From NCBI GenBank assembly GCA_007121455.1, contig SKKN01000014.1:20653-84652 (forward strand): a stretch of 64,000 bases of DNA, in the 5' to 3' direction. The stretch's first letter is position 1, and each line of letters starts with the position of its first letter. Source of the stretch: Gemmatimonadota bacterium. GTDB taxonomy: Bacteria; Gemmatimonadota; Gemmatimonadetes; Longimicrobiales; Gaopeijiaceae. A program made the translations under genes and the position numbers. The notes below the pieces were generated by a model. The model made no database searches, was not told the origin of the DNA, and saw only the letters and a program-made list of their open reading frames with translations. Below are positions 46,138 through 54,578 of this stretch, one piece after another.

Positions 46138-47022
46138 TCAGTCGTGAAGGAGCCGTCTCGCCACGTCTTCGACGTCCTTCAGGGGGCGGCCCGACCCCCC
46201 TCTGCGCAGGAGCACGAGCTCGGCCGCGACGCTCACGGCGATCTCTTCGGGCGTCTCGGCTCCCAGGTCGAGGCCTACCGGGGCGTGGATCTCGGCGATC
46301 CGGTCGATCGGAATGCCTTCATCCTGGAGTCGAACATAGGTGGCACGCACGCGTCGCCGGCTCCCGATCATACCGATGTACCCCGGCCCGGGTTCGAGCC
46401 GAAGGAGTCGGCGGAGGCACTCGAAGTCGTAACGGTGGCCCCGTGTCACCAGAATGACATAGGAAGACGGACCCACTGCGATGTCGGTGAAGGGGTCGGC
46501 GAAGTCGACCTTCTCGACCCGGCTCACCTCGGGGAAGCGCTCCGCAGTGGCGAACCCAGGGCGGTCATCGAGCACCGTGACCCGGAAGTCGAGAAGCGAC
46601 CCGACGGTGCACAAGGGGCGGGCGATGTGGCCGGCGCCGACGATCAGCAACTGGGGCTCGGGAAGATGGAGCTCGAGGTACACCTCGAGCTCCATCTTCC
46701 TTCCGGGGATCGCCAGACGATGCGCGCCCTCTCGGGCGAGTCCTCCACCCTTCTCGCGGTGGCTCCCCCTGGTCGCCTCGAGGAGGGCGGCGTCGATCGC
46801 TTCGAGGGCGAGCGTCCGAGCAGCGGCGTCGACGTCACGGCTCCCAAGCGTCCCCCAGGCCCCACCGGGTCCAACGAGGAGCCTATCGCCCGGCGCAGGA
46901 GAGTCCGGCTCCGGCGGGCGGCTTTCCGTCAACGACAGGACCACGGCGACGGGTCTCCCGCAATCCATCTCCTCCAGGATCATGCGAGCTGCGTCACCCG
47001 GGGAAAGGGGACCGGCGTTCAC
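46138..47022 (-). CDS. XdhC family molybdoenzyme maturation factor (N-terminal domain plus Rossmann domain)
   Basis: 294 aa with a GTG start in a GTGA overlap. It has LLIVGAGHIARPL...VTVLDDRP...YVILVTRGHRYDFECL...YIGMIGSRRR. Confidence 0.75.
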   Translation of the reverse strand: MNAGPLSPGDAARMILEEMDCGRPVAVVLSLTESRPPEPDSPAPGDRLLVGPGGAWGTLGSRDVDAAARTLALEAIDAALLEATRGSHREKGGGLAREGAHRLAIPGRKMELEVYLELHLPEPQLLIVGAGHIARPLCTVGSLLDFRVTVLDDRPGFATAERFPEVSRVEKVDFADPFTDIAVGPSSYVILVTRGHRYDFECLRRLLRLEPGPGYIGMIGSRRRVRATYVRLQDEGIPIDRIAEIHAPVGLDLGAETPEEIAVSVAAELVLLRRGGSGRPLKDVEDVARRLLHD

Positions 47023-47651
47023 CGGGGGTCACCTTCCCATGCGCGCTGGGACGGGAAGTGTGCTCGGTACTCCTCGGCCGTATCGATGTCCACGAGAACC
47101 CCCTCGTCCGTCACCTCGAGGCGAAGGCTCTCCTGACGGTAACGCCGAACGACGGTGCGAGCACCTTCCGGAAGGGGATCCGCCAGGAGCTCCGGGAAGA
47201 GTCGGGCAGAAAGGATGACGGGATGGCCGCTTTCCCCCCGGTGGGTCGGAATGGCGACGGATGGGGCGCGAGCGCGGAAGGCATCGAGGAGAAGGCGCAC
47301 GGTTTCCGGGTCCACGAGGGGGTGGTCGACCGGGTGCAATGCCAGTCCCGATACCCCGGGACCGGAGACGCGCTCCAGGTGCCGAATCGCCGCACGGACC
47401 GAGGAGATCGGACCTGCGCGGGGATTCGGATTCGAGATCGGCTCGACCCCTATCGACCGTGCGAGATCCGCCTCCGGGCCCTCGAGGTTCCGTACCACGA
47501 CGAGGAGTGGGGTGCATCCACCTTCGCGAAGTGCCGTGAGCACTCGCTCCAGGAACGTGCGCCCGTGGGCGTCGAGGAGCGCCTTCGAGGAGCCCATGCG
47601 AACGGAGCGGCCGGCGGCCGGGACGACGCCGGCCACGGAGGGAGAGCTCAC
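47019..47651 (-). CDS. MobA-like nucleotidyltransferase (molybdenum cofactor cytidylyltransferase MocA-like)
   Basis: 210 aa with a GTG start in a GTGA overlap with the fadJ-like stop. The N-terminal motif is GVVPAAGRSVRMGSSKALL. Confidence 0.7.
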   Translation of the reverse strand: MSSPSVAGVVPAAGRSVRMGSSKALLDAHGRTFLERVLTALREGGCTPLLVVVRNLEGPEADLARSIGVEPISNPNPRAGPISSVRAAIRHLERVSGPGVSGLALHPVDHPLVDPETVRLLLDAFRARAPSVAIPTHRGESGHPVILSARLFPELLADPLPEGARTVVRRYRQESLRLEVTDEGVLVDIDTAEEYRAHFPSQRAWEGDPR

Positions 47652-49831
47652 CGCCCCGGATAGACCTCGTAGAACTCACGGTCCTCTTCCGCCAACCGAA
47701 GGAGGAGGGGGGCCGGTGCAAAGCGCTCGCTCGCTCCTTTCGCCTCGCGAAGCTCCTCGAGTCGCTGAAGGAGGTTCCGGGGGTGGATTGTGTCCGCGTA
47801 GCGAAGGAGACCGCCACGAAAGGGAGGGAATCCCGTCCCCATGATCATCGCAAGGTCGACGTCCGGTGCCGACTCCGCGACCCCTTCGTCCAGGAGCCGT
47901 GCAGCCTCGTTCACCATCACGAGCAGGAGTCGCCCACGGACGTCCCGGCGGTCGATCTCCTTGCGCTCGTGGGGAACTGAGGCTCCAAGCAGCTCGTAGA
48001 CCCCCTGGTCGGGTCCCTGGTCCTTCCCATTCTCGTATCGGTAGAATCCGAGCTCCCCCTTCGCTCCGAGGCGGCCCGTGTCGGCGAGGGCAACGAGCGA
48101 AGGAGCGGGATCGAGTCGGCTTCCGAACGCGTCCCGCAGAACCTCTCCCGAGTGGCGGACGATGTCGATCCCCACCTCGTCGATCAGCCGGAACGGACCC
48201 ATCGGCATCCCGAACTCGAGTGCCACCTGGTCGACGTACTCGATGGAGGCTCCCTCCGAGAGCAGGTGCCCTGCCTCGTTCAAATAGGGCGCGAGGATCC
48301 GATTCACGACGAACCCCGGCCCGTCTCGGACGACGACCGGCACCTTGCCCATTCGGAGAGCCAGCGCACGCACCGTCGCCACCGACTCATCCGATGTCCG
48401 GGCTCCGCGGACGACCTCGACGAGGGGCATGCGGTGGACCGGGTTGAAGAAGTGCATCCCCACGAGGCGTTCCGGATGGTCGAGACCCTCGGCCAGGTCG
48501 TCCACCCGCAAGGTCGAAGTGTTCGTGGCGAGTACGCACTCCGGGGGCACCTCCCGTTCGAGCTCGCGGAACACCGAACGTTTCACCTCGATCCGCTCGA
48601 CCACAGCCTCGACCACGAGCTCCGCCTGCTGGAGCCCGGCGTAGTCGATGCCCCCCGTCACGAGGTCCATCTTCCTCTTCGCCTCGAACGAAGTGAGCTT
48701 CTTCCGGTTTACGGCCTCGTCGAAGAGAGACCGCGCATGACGAAGGGCCTTGGCCACCGCCTCGTGCTCGATATCCTTGATGCGTGCTCGGATATCGTTG
48801 TAGGCGGCGAGCTGTGCGATGCCGCCTCCCATCACTCCGGCTCCCACGACTCCAACGGTGGTGACTTCGCGGCCCTTCGCCTCCCCCACCCCCCGTCCCT
48901 TCCGCGCTCCTTCCCGGAGGTGGAAGACGTGAACCAGGGACTTCGTCACGTCCGAGACGAGCAGCTCTCCTGCGGCGAGAGCTTCCAACTCCATGGACTT
49001 TTCGACGGAACGACCGTACCCCTTGCGGATCACTTCAATGATCTTGAGCGGTGCCGGATAATGGCCACGTGTCCGTTCCAGGACTCGCTTCTTCGCCGCC
49101 TTCAGGATTGTCCGCCGTCCGGGTCGGGAGTCCTCGAGGAGACGGTCCAGAACACGGCGCTTCCGTCCGGTCGGGGCGGGACCCCGCTCGATCCGTTCGA
49201 GGACGAACTCGCGCACGGAATCGTCGAATCCGGCGGCGGGAAGGACCTCCTCCACCAGACCGATCCGGCGCGCTCGATCACCCTGAATCTGCTTTCCGGT
49301 AAGGATGAGGTCGAGCGCCGGCCTGAGGCCGATCAGGCGAGGGAGTCGCGTCGTTCCCCCCCAGGCCGGAAGAATGCCGAGCTGGACCTCGGGAAAGCCC
49401 AGGCGGGTCTTCGAGGAGTCGGAGGCGAGTCGATACTGGCAGGCGAGCGCCATCTCGAGGCCACCCCCGAGGCAGACCCCATGGATGGCGGCCACGGTCG
49501 GGATCGGAAGCTGCTCGAGCTCCAGGAAGATTGCCTGCCCGAGCCGGCTCGCCTCGGCCCCCTCGACCGGACTCTCGATCCCGCCGAGCCTGTCGACGTC
49601 GGCGCCCGCAACGAATCCTCGCTTCTTCCGGCTGCGGATCACGAGACCGCGCACGGCCCCCTCCTCCGTCCGGTCATGGATTTCCTCGATGCGGGCCATG
49701 AGCGTCCGCATGACCCCCTCGGTGAGGACGTTCACCGAACGCTCGGGATCGTCGAAGATGATCCAACCGATCCCGTCGGAGTCCACCTCGAGGATCGGAC
49801 TCCCGCCCTCGATCCGTTGCTCCCGGGTCAT
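47648..49831 (-). CDS. Fatty-acid oxidation multifunctional protein (enoyl-CoA hydratase / 3-hydroxyacyl-CoA dehydrogenase, FadB/FadJ type)
   Basis: 727 aa with an N-terminal crotonase fold (FVAGADV...GGGLEMALAC), the NAD-binding motif VGVVGAGVMGGGIA, and C-terminal 3-hydroxyacyl-CoA dehydrogenase domains. Confidence 0.9.
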   Translation of the reverse strand: MTREQRIEGGSPILEVDSDGIGWIIFDDPERSVNVLTEGVMRTLMARIEEIHDRTEEGAVRGLVIRSRKKRGFVAGADVDRLGGIESPVEGAEASRLGQAIFLELEQLPIPTVAAIHGVCLGGGLEMALACQYRLASDSSKTRLGFPEVQLGILPAWGGTTRLPRLIGLRPALDLILTGKQIQGDRARRIGLVEEVLPAAGFDDSVREFVLERIERGPAPTGRKRRVLDRLLEDSRPGRRTILKAAKKRVLERTRGHYPAPLKIIEVIRKGYGRSVEKSMELEALAAGELLVSDVTKSLVHVFHLREGARKGRGVGEAKGREVTTVGVVGAGVMGGGIAQLAAYNDIRARIKDIEHEAVAKALRHARSLFDEAVNRKKLTSFEAKRKMDLVTGGIDYAGLQQAELVVEAVVERIEVKRSVFRELEREVPPECVLATNTSTLRVDDLAEGLDHPERLVGMHFFNPVHRMPLVEVVRGARTSDESVATVRALALRMGKVPVVVRDGPGFVVNRILAPYLNEAGHLLSEGASIEYVDQVALEFGMPMGPFRLIDEVGIDIVRHSGEVLRDAFGSRLDPAPSLVALADTGRLGAKGELGFYRYENGKDQGPDQGVYELLGASVPHERKEIDRRDVRGRLLLVMVNEAARLLDEGVAESAPDVDLAMIMGTGFPPFRGGLLRYADTIHPRNLLQRLEELREAKGASERFAPAPLLLRLAEEDREFYEVYPGR

Positions 49832-49888
49832 TCGGGCCTCCCAGAAAGGGATGAGGAAATCAATATATACCGGAGTAGACCGGAAGCA

Positions 49889-49928
49889 GCGCGCCCCGGG
49901 AATCCCTCATGGAGATCCCGGGGCGCGC
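49889..49928 (-). terminator. 13-bp GC hairpin between the lipoprotein gene and the fadJ-like gene. Possible terminator, with a weak U-tract.
   Basis: GCGCGCCCCGGGA (49889-49901) and TCCCGGGGCGCGC (49916-49928) are perfect reverse complements around a 14-nt loop. Confidence 0.4.
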
Positions 49929-50002
49929 CTGCATTGTGCTTTCAACGGGGGGACAACGAATCGCAGCCCCCTCCGTCGTGGTTCCCGGCAGGTCGGTGAG
50001 CG

Positions 50003-50779
50003 TTAGAAGATCGGCCGGATCTCCGCGTTCTCTTCCACGAGCCGCAACTCGTGCGGCTCCCCTCGCTCGAGGGCCACCGGCACGTTCCAGTAGAGTTCAT
50101 CAAAAGGAAGCCGGTAGCGGGTGTGGACCCACCAGTCTCCGGTATCCGGGTGCATCCGGACCCGTCCGTTCGCGTCCGTCGTATCGACGACGATGTCCCT
50201 GCGCTGCTCGCTGAGCTTCTGCGCCACGACCTCACCGTAGTCGGCGTAGGCGACATCCTCCCAGGCCTCGAGCCTGAGCCGGAACTCCTCGAGCTCCTCG
50301 AAGGCTTCGTCCTGCAGGGTCGTGAACTCACTGAAGGCCTCGTCGCGCCGGTTCTCCGCCGCGACCATGGCGTCTTCGACATCGTTGAACTCCATGAAGA
50401 GCTCACGATACCGGGTCTCGGCCGGGCTGTACTGCTCCATCTCCGCGTTGATCTCTTCCAGGCGGTCCCTTGCTTCCTGCCACTCGATCTCGGCTTCTCT
50501 CCAGCGCTCCTGAGCGTCCGCGATGTTGTCCCGAGCGTCGATGAGGTGCGCGGGCAGCTCGGGCTCCGGCTCGGGGGCAGCGGCCGCGAGGGAGTCGAAG
50601 ATCGCGTTCCTGTCGAACGGGACGAGCTGAACCTCGAGGTCCGGAAGGGGCCGGGCCATCAACTCCCCCGTCTCGGGATCTTCGGACTCCACTTCGGTGG
50701 TGATGACGATCTCGGCCGGTCCGCATCCCGCGAGCACGAGACCTGCCATCACGAACGACCACAGGCTGCTACGCTTCAT
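50003..50779 (-). CDS. Hypothetical lipoprotein with an acidic coiled-coil-like middle region
   Basis: Track ORF 50003..50794. ATG 50779 (MKRSSLWSFVMAGLVLAGC, lipobox) is preceded by GGAGG. The central part is E/R/A-rich and heptad-like. I recognise no family. Confidence 0.75.
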   Translation of the reverse strand: MKRSSLWSFVMAGLVLAGCGPAEIVITTEVESEDPETGELMARPLPDLEVQLVPFDRNAIFDSLAAAAPEPEPELPAHLIDARDNIADAQERWREAEIEWQEARDRLEEINAEMEQYSPAETRYRELFMEFNDVEDAMVAAENRRDEAFSEFTTLQDEAFEELEEFRLRLEAWEDVAYADYGEVVAQKLSEQRRDIVVDTTDANGRVRMHPDTGDWWVHTRYRLPFDELYWNVPVALERGEPHELRLVEENAEIRPIF

Positions 50780-50869
50780 CAGATTCCTCCACATGGATTC
50801 CCTTCGAATGGGCAGAAAGTACTACGGTGCGTGCGTGCCATCAAGTTACGCGTCGCGCGTATGCAACGG

Positions 50870-52186
50870 CTAAAGGCCCTCGAACATTCGAGCTGGACCG
50901 TAGAGGAGGGTTCGGGGGGGACCCAGCCGGCCCGCTGCGTCCCGGAGGGAACGGCTCGAAAAGGACCAGATCTCTCCTTCCAAGTCCCTTACTCCGTCAC
51001 CGTGAAAGAGATCCAGCGCCAGGCGTTCCGCCTCCTGGTCCAGGTACGACAGGCGGTGGAGGACCTCGGACCGAAAGCGCCGCCTTCGAAGTTGGAAGAA
51101 CGCGGCTTGCTCCTCCGTTTCGATCACGGTGGTGAGCGTCTCACGCACCCGTCGCTCCCATCGATCCGTCGTCCGGGGATCGACGGCGAGGCGGACGAGG
51201 ATCACGGGCCCGTCGGGCAGCTCCTCTACCCGGACGTCCACCGAGAGGAGTCCCGGGTCCGGAGGTGTGGGAGCGAGCCGCTCGAGAAGGATGTGGGAGA
51301 GAAACTCCAACATCGTTCTCGACGCGTCCGGAGGAGCAGGGAATGCCATCGCGATCCAGGTGTTCGTGACATCACGGTCGACCACCTGTCGGTCCTCCGT
51401 CGCCCAGGCAGGCTCGAGGGCGGACGCGGGGGCCGGTTCGCCCCGCATGGCCATGCTTTCGAGCCAGGGCGGGATATCTTCCCTGGAGAGGGGGCCGACG
51501 ATGGCCGCACGCGCCGCGCTCCGGTCGAAGATTCCAGTGCGAAACTCTTCGAGGTTATCTGCGGTCCGTGCCCTGACCGCCTCCGCCGAGCCTTCCGGAA
51601 CCCGAGCCCCCGGATGCGTGGCACCGACGAGCATGCGCCATTTTTCCAGTTCGAAGGAACGCACCGGCGCGCCCTCTTCGAAGGCGAGGCGCTCGAGCAT
51701 CGATGCACGTGCGTCTTCCAGGGCGGAGTTGGATACCGGGAGGCGGAAGAGGAGGCTCTCCAGGGCCTCGAGCGAGGCGTGCCAGGAAGAGTGGGGGGTA
51801 AGCAGCGTCACCACCGTCCGGTCCCGTTCGAGAGCGATGCGCACCTCCGCTCCTTCAGCCTGGAGACGTCGGTTCCCCTCCGTCTCCAGGGCGCCGGCGA
51901 GAAGCCGGGCCCCTCCCTCCAACCGATCGGGCTCCGACGCGAAGCCTGTCGGGAAGGCGAGCGCGACTGCCGCCAGAGCGCTCCAGGGTCTTCTCTCGAG
52001 CGCGATCACCGAAGCGACATCTTCCGCCTCGGCCGTAGTAGAGGGAAGAGTGGTCGGAATGGTGTCGCTCGGCACCTTGCCGTCCGGACCGATCGTCGGA
52101 TGGGCGGCGGACACGGGGCTCCATCCGAGGATCAGGATTCCCGAGAGCGTGAAGGCCAGACCGAAGGTGCGGAGCGCGGGTGTCAT
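50870..52186 (-). CDS. M16 (pitrilysin/insulinase) family-like protein lacking the HxxEH zinc motif; exported
   Basis: The last 438 codons of track ORF 50870..52321, from ATG 52186 (ATGA overlap). The two-domain M16-like layout has GGARLLAGALETEG where HxxEH normally sits. It has a signal peptide. Confidence 0.6.
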   Translation of the reverse strand: MTPALRTFGLAFTLSGILILGWSPVSAAHPTIGPDGKVPSDTIPTTLPSTTAEAEDVASVIALERRPWSALAAVALAFPTGFASEPDRLEGGARLLAGALETEGNRRLQAEGAEVRIALERDRTVVTLLTPHSSWHASLEALESLLFRLPVSNSALEDARASMLERLAFEEGAPVRSFELEKWRMLVGATHPGARVPEGSAEAVRARTADNLEEFRTGIFDRSAARAAIVGPLSREDIPPWLESMAMRGEPAPASALEPAWATEDRQVVDRDVTNTWIAMAFPAPPDASRTMLEFLSHILLERLAPTPPDPGLLSVDVRVEELPDGPVILVRLAVDPRTTDRWERRVRETLTTVIETEEQAAFFQLRRRRFRSEVLHRLSYLDQEAERLALDLFHGDGVRDLEGEIWSFSSRSLRDAAGRLGPPRTLLYGPARMFEGL

Positions 52187-53403
52187 GGCCGCACCTCCCC
52201 CGTCGAGGAGGCTGCGGCGGCGAGGGCCCGGAGGAACTCTTCCATTGCCTCCCGGTCGACGTTCTCCAGCGCCTCGACGTAGCGGGCCGCGGCCCCGGAA
52301 TCGCCACTCAGCTCCATCCACCTTCCCATCAGATTGGCCAGCCCCCAGGGTGTCTGCGTCTGGTGGAGAAGGTCCCTCCAGAGGCGCAGCCGAGCCCGCT
52401 CGACGGATTCCGAACTGACCTCCGACGCGACCTCTTCACGGAGCCCCTCGATCCGGGCTCGTAGCGCAGAGGCCGACCGAGGGTAGGCCGCTCCGGTGAA
52501 GGCGAGCAACGTTCGATCATCCACCTCCCACAGCTCGACGCCCACCTCGAAATTTCCGGGTGTGCTCCGCAACCGTTCCGAAAATAGAACCGCGGCGACC
52601 AACGCTCTTGGGTCGTCGACGTCGGGCACCGGATACGCCTCACCGTACCAATGTCGTATGACTTCCGGATCTGGGGTTGGTTCCTGGGGGAGGTCCGCGG
52701 TCAGGTGGGCTTCCTCTGCCTCTTCCCCGCCGGAGGAGCCCAGGTCCATCAGTGCCGCGAGTGCCGCTTCCGGAGCGACCGTGCCGACGAGGACGAGGGT
52801 GAGCGCATCCCGTCGATGCGTTCTCCTCCAGATTCCGAGCAGCGTCTCATGCTCCATTCCCTGCAAAGTGGCGAGCGTACCTTCCGGCGGAGGACTGGAA
52901 GGCGCCGCTCGTGTCCGGAGGGTTCGCGCGAGCACGCCGGCGGCTGTCTCCCGGTGTCCTTCGAGCTCGCTCCTGAGCTCGCTCCGCACCTGCTGGAATC
53001 GCTGAAGGCCTGGGTGCGCGGTCGCGGTCCTGAGCACCCACACAAGATGATCGAAGTCCGCCCCCGGACCCGTGACCGTGTATGTGATTCCAGTGGCGGT
53101 ACGGCTTGCTTCGAGGCGAGCCCCTACCTGATCCGCGACCGAGAACGCTCGGCCCACTCCCATCCGTCGAAGGATCTCTCCAGCCCCGGCTTCGGAGGGA
53201 GCCTCCGCGACCGGGATATGGAGGCGGAGGGCGATGACGGCCGTCCCCTCGGCGTGAACCATGACCGTGCGTGGTCCACCCGGCGGAGTGAGCACGGAGT
53301 CGGCGCGCAGCGTCTCGGCCACGTTCTGAGCCGAGGACGGTGCGGCCCAAACGAGGGCTGCACCGAGCGCCAGGACGGCCGCGAAGAAGGTCGACGAGGT
53401 CAT
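52183..53403 (-). CDS. M16 (pitrilysin/insulinase) family-like protein lacking the HxxEH zinc motif; exported
   Basis: Track ORF 52183..53478, trimmed to ATG 53403 (MTSSTFFAAVLALGAALVWAAPSSA). The M16-like N-domain pattern is VIALRLHIPVAEAPSEAGAGEILRRMG...VGARLEASRTATGITYTV, with GEILR in place of HxxEH. Confidence 0.6.
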   Translation of the reverse strand: MTSSTFFAAVLALGAALVWAAPSSAQNVAETLRADSVLTPPGGPRTVMVHAEGTAVIALRLHIPVAEAPSEAGAGEILRRMGVGRAFSVADQVGARLEASRTATGITYTVTGPGADFDHLVWVLRTATAHPGLQRFQQVRSELRSELEGHRETAAGVLARTLRTRAAPSSPPPEGTLATLQGMEHETLLGIWRRTHRRDALTLVLVGTVAPEAALAALMDLGSSGGEEAEEAHLTADLPQEPTPDPEVIRHWYGEAYPVPDVDDPRALVAAVLFSERLRSTPGNFEVGVELWEVDDRTLLAFTGAAYPRSASALRARIEGLREEVASEVSSESVERARLRLWRDLLHQTQTPWGLANLMGRWMELSGDSGAAARYVEALENVDREAMEEFLRALAAAASSTGEVRP

Positions 53404-53452
53404 CTCGAGCGGAAACGCGCGCTGCGGGGCTTTCCGATGGTCTGGGAGCGGG

Positions 53453-54382
53453 TCAGGGAATCGCGCCTGTGAAAACATAATTCATCGGGTTCACCGGCCG
53501 CCCCCCGATCCGGACCTCGTAGTGGAGGTGGGGTGAGGTGGCGATTCCCGTGCGCCCCACCTGGGCGATCACCTCGCCTCGCTCGACGTGCTGGCCATCG
53601 CGGACGAGCAGTTCGGAAGCGTGTCCGTACAGAGTCGAGTACCCGTACCCGTGATCGATCTCCACGACGAGTCCGTACCCGGACCGGCGTCCGGAAAAAG
53701 TGACCCTCCCCTTCGCAGCGGCCATGATCGGAGTGCCGCGAGGCGCGGTGATGTCCACGCCTTCGTGCGGAAGCGCACGGTTGTGAATCGGGTGCATCCG
53801 GGCATTCGAGAATCCGCTGCTGAGATACCCCGAGGTCGGGAGAATCGAAGGCGTGCGCTCCAGGAGGTCGCGATGCGCCATGAGGGAATCGGATGCCTCC
53901 GCGAGGCTCTCGTTCAGGAGACGGGCCCGACGCTCCATGGCGTTCAGGTCGTACTGGATCGCGAACGCTTCTGCTCCGAGCTCCACATCCACGCTCCAGA
54001 GCGGATGGGTCTCCAGGTCGGGCGTTCCGGGACCTCCGATTCCCACCTCCATCACTTCGTCGTCCAAGGCGTCGAGCCCGGCGAGCGCCCGAACGTGTCG
54101 ATCCCTTTCCGCGAGCTCCGCGAAGCTGCCCTCGAGTTCCCCGATGCGGGCCCGCATGCCCTTCAGCTCCTCGCTGAGAACGGCGTTCTTCCGTTCGAGA
54201 TGAAGTGCCCGCAGCTCGGACGTGACCCCGACCCCGATCGTCGCGAAGAGACCGACGAAGAGCAAGCCGAGCACCGCGCCACAGCCGACCGTCAGGTAGA
54301 GGGTACGGGGACGGACACTCACCTGTCTCACAGGCGTCGTGTCGTCCGTCACGAGCAGGAGCTGCCACCTCGTGTCCCGCAT
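53453..54382 (-). CDS. M23 family metallopeptidase (EnvC/LytM-like) with an N-terminal TM and a coiled coil
   Basis: Track ORF 53453..54439. ATG 54382 is preferred. M23 motifs present: HEGVDITAPRGTPI...DHGYGYSTLYGH...PHLHYE. Confidence 0.85.
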   Translation of the reverse strand: MRDTRWQLLLVTDDTTPVRQVSVRPRTLYLTVGCGAVLGLLFVGLFATIGVGVTSELRALHLERKNAVLSEELKGMRARIGELEGSFAELAERDRHVRALAGLDALDDEVMEVGIGGPGTPDLETHPLWSVDVELGAEAFAIQYDLNAMERRARLLNESLAEASDSLMAHRDLLERTPSILPTSGYLSSGFSNARMHPIHNRALPHEGVDITAPRGTPIMAAAKGRVTFSGRRSGYGLVVEIDHGYGYSTLYGHASELLVRDGQHVERGEVIAQVGRTGIATSPHLHYEVRIGGRPVNPMNYVFTGAIP

Positions 54383-54578
54383 GTATCTCCATTTCGCCGC
54401 TTGGGCGGGGGCAGGTGTCGCCCCGTGCGCCCGGTACACGCCCGGCCGTGGTCGTCGAAGCGAGCTGGGAAGAAGTCGTTCGAAAGCGAAGCGACGAAAC
54501 GTACCCGGAGCTTTTCGGAAAAGTCAAGGAAGAGCAGATGCCGGGAGGTGAAGCGGAGGCGCCGGAGACGCTCTTTTC

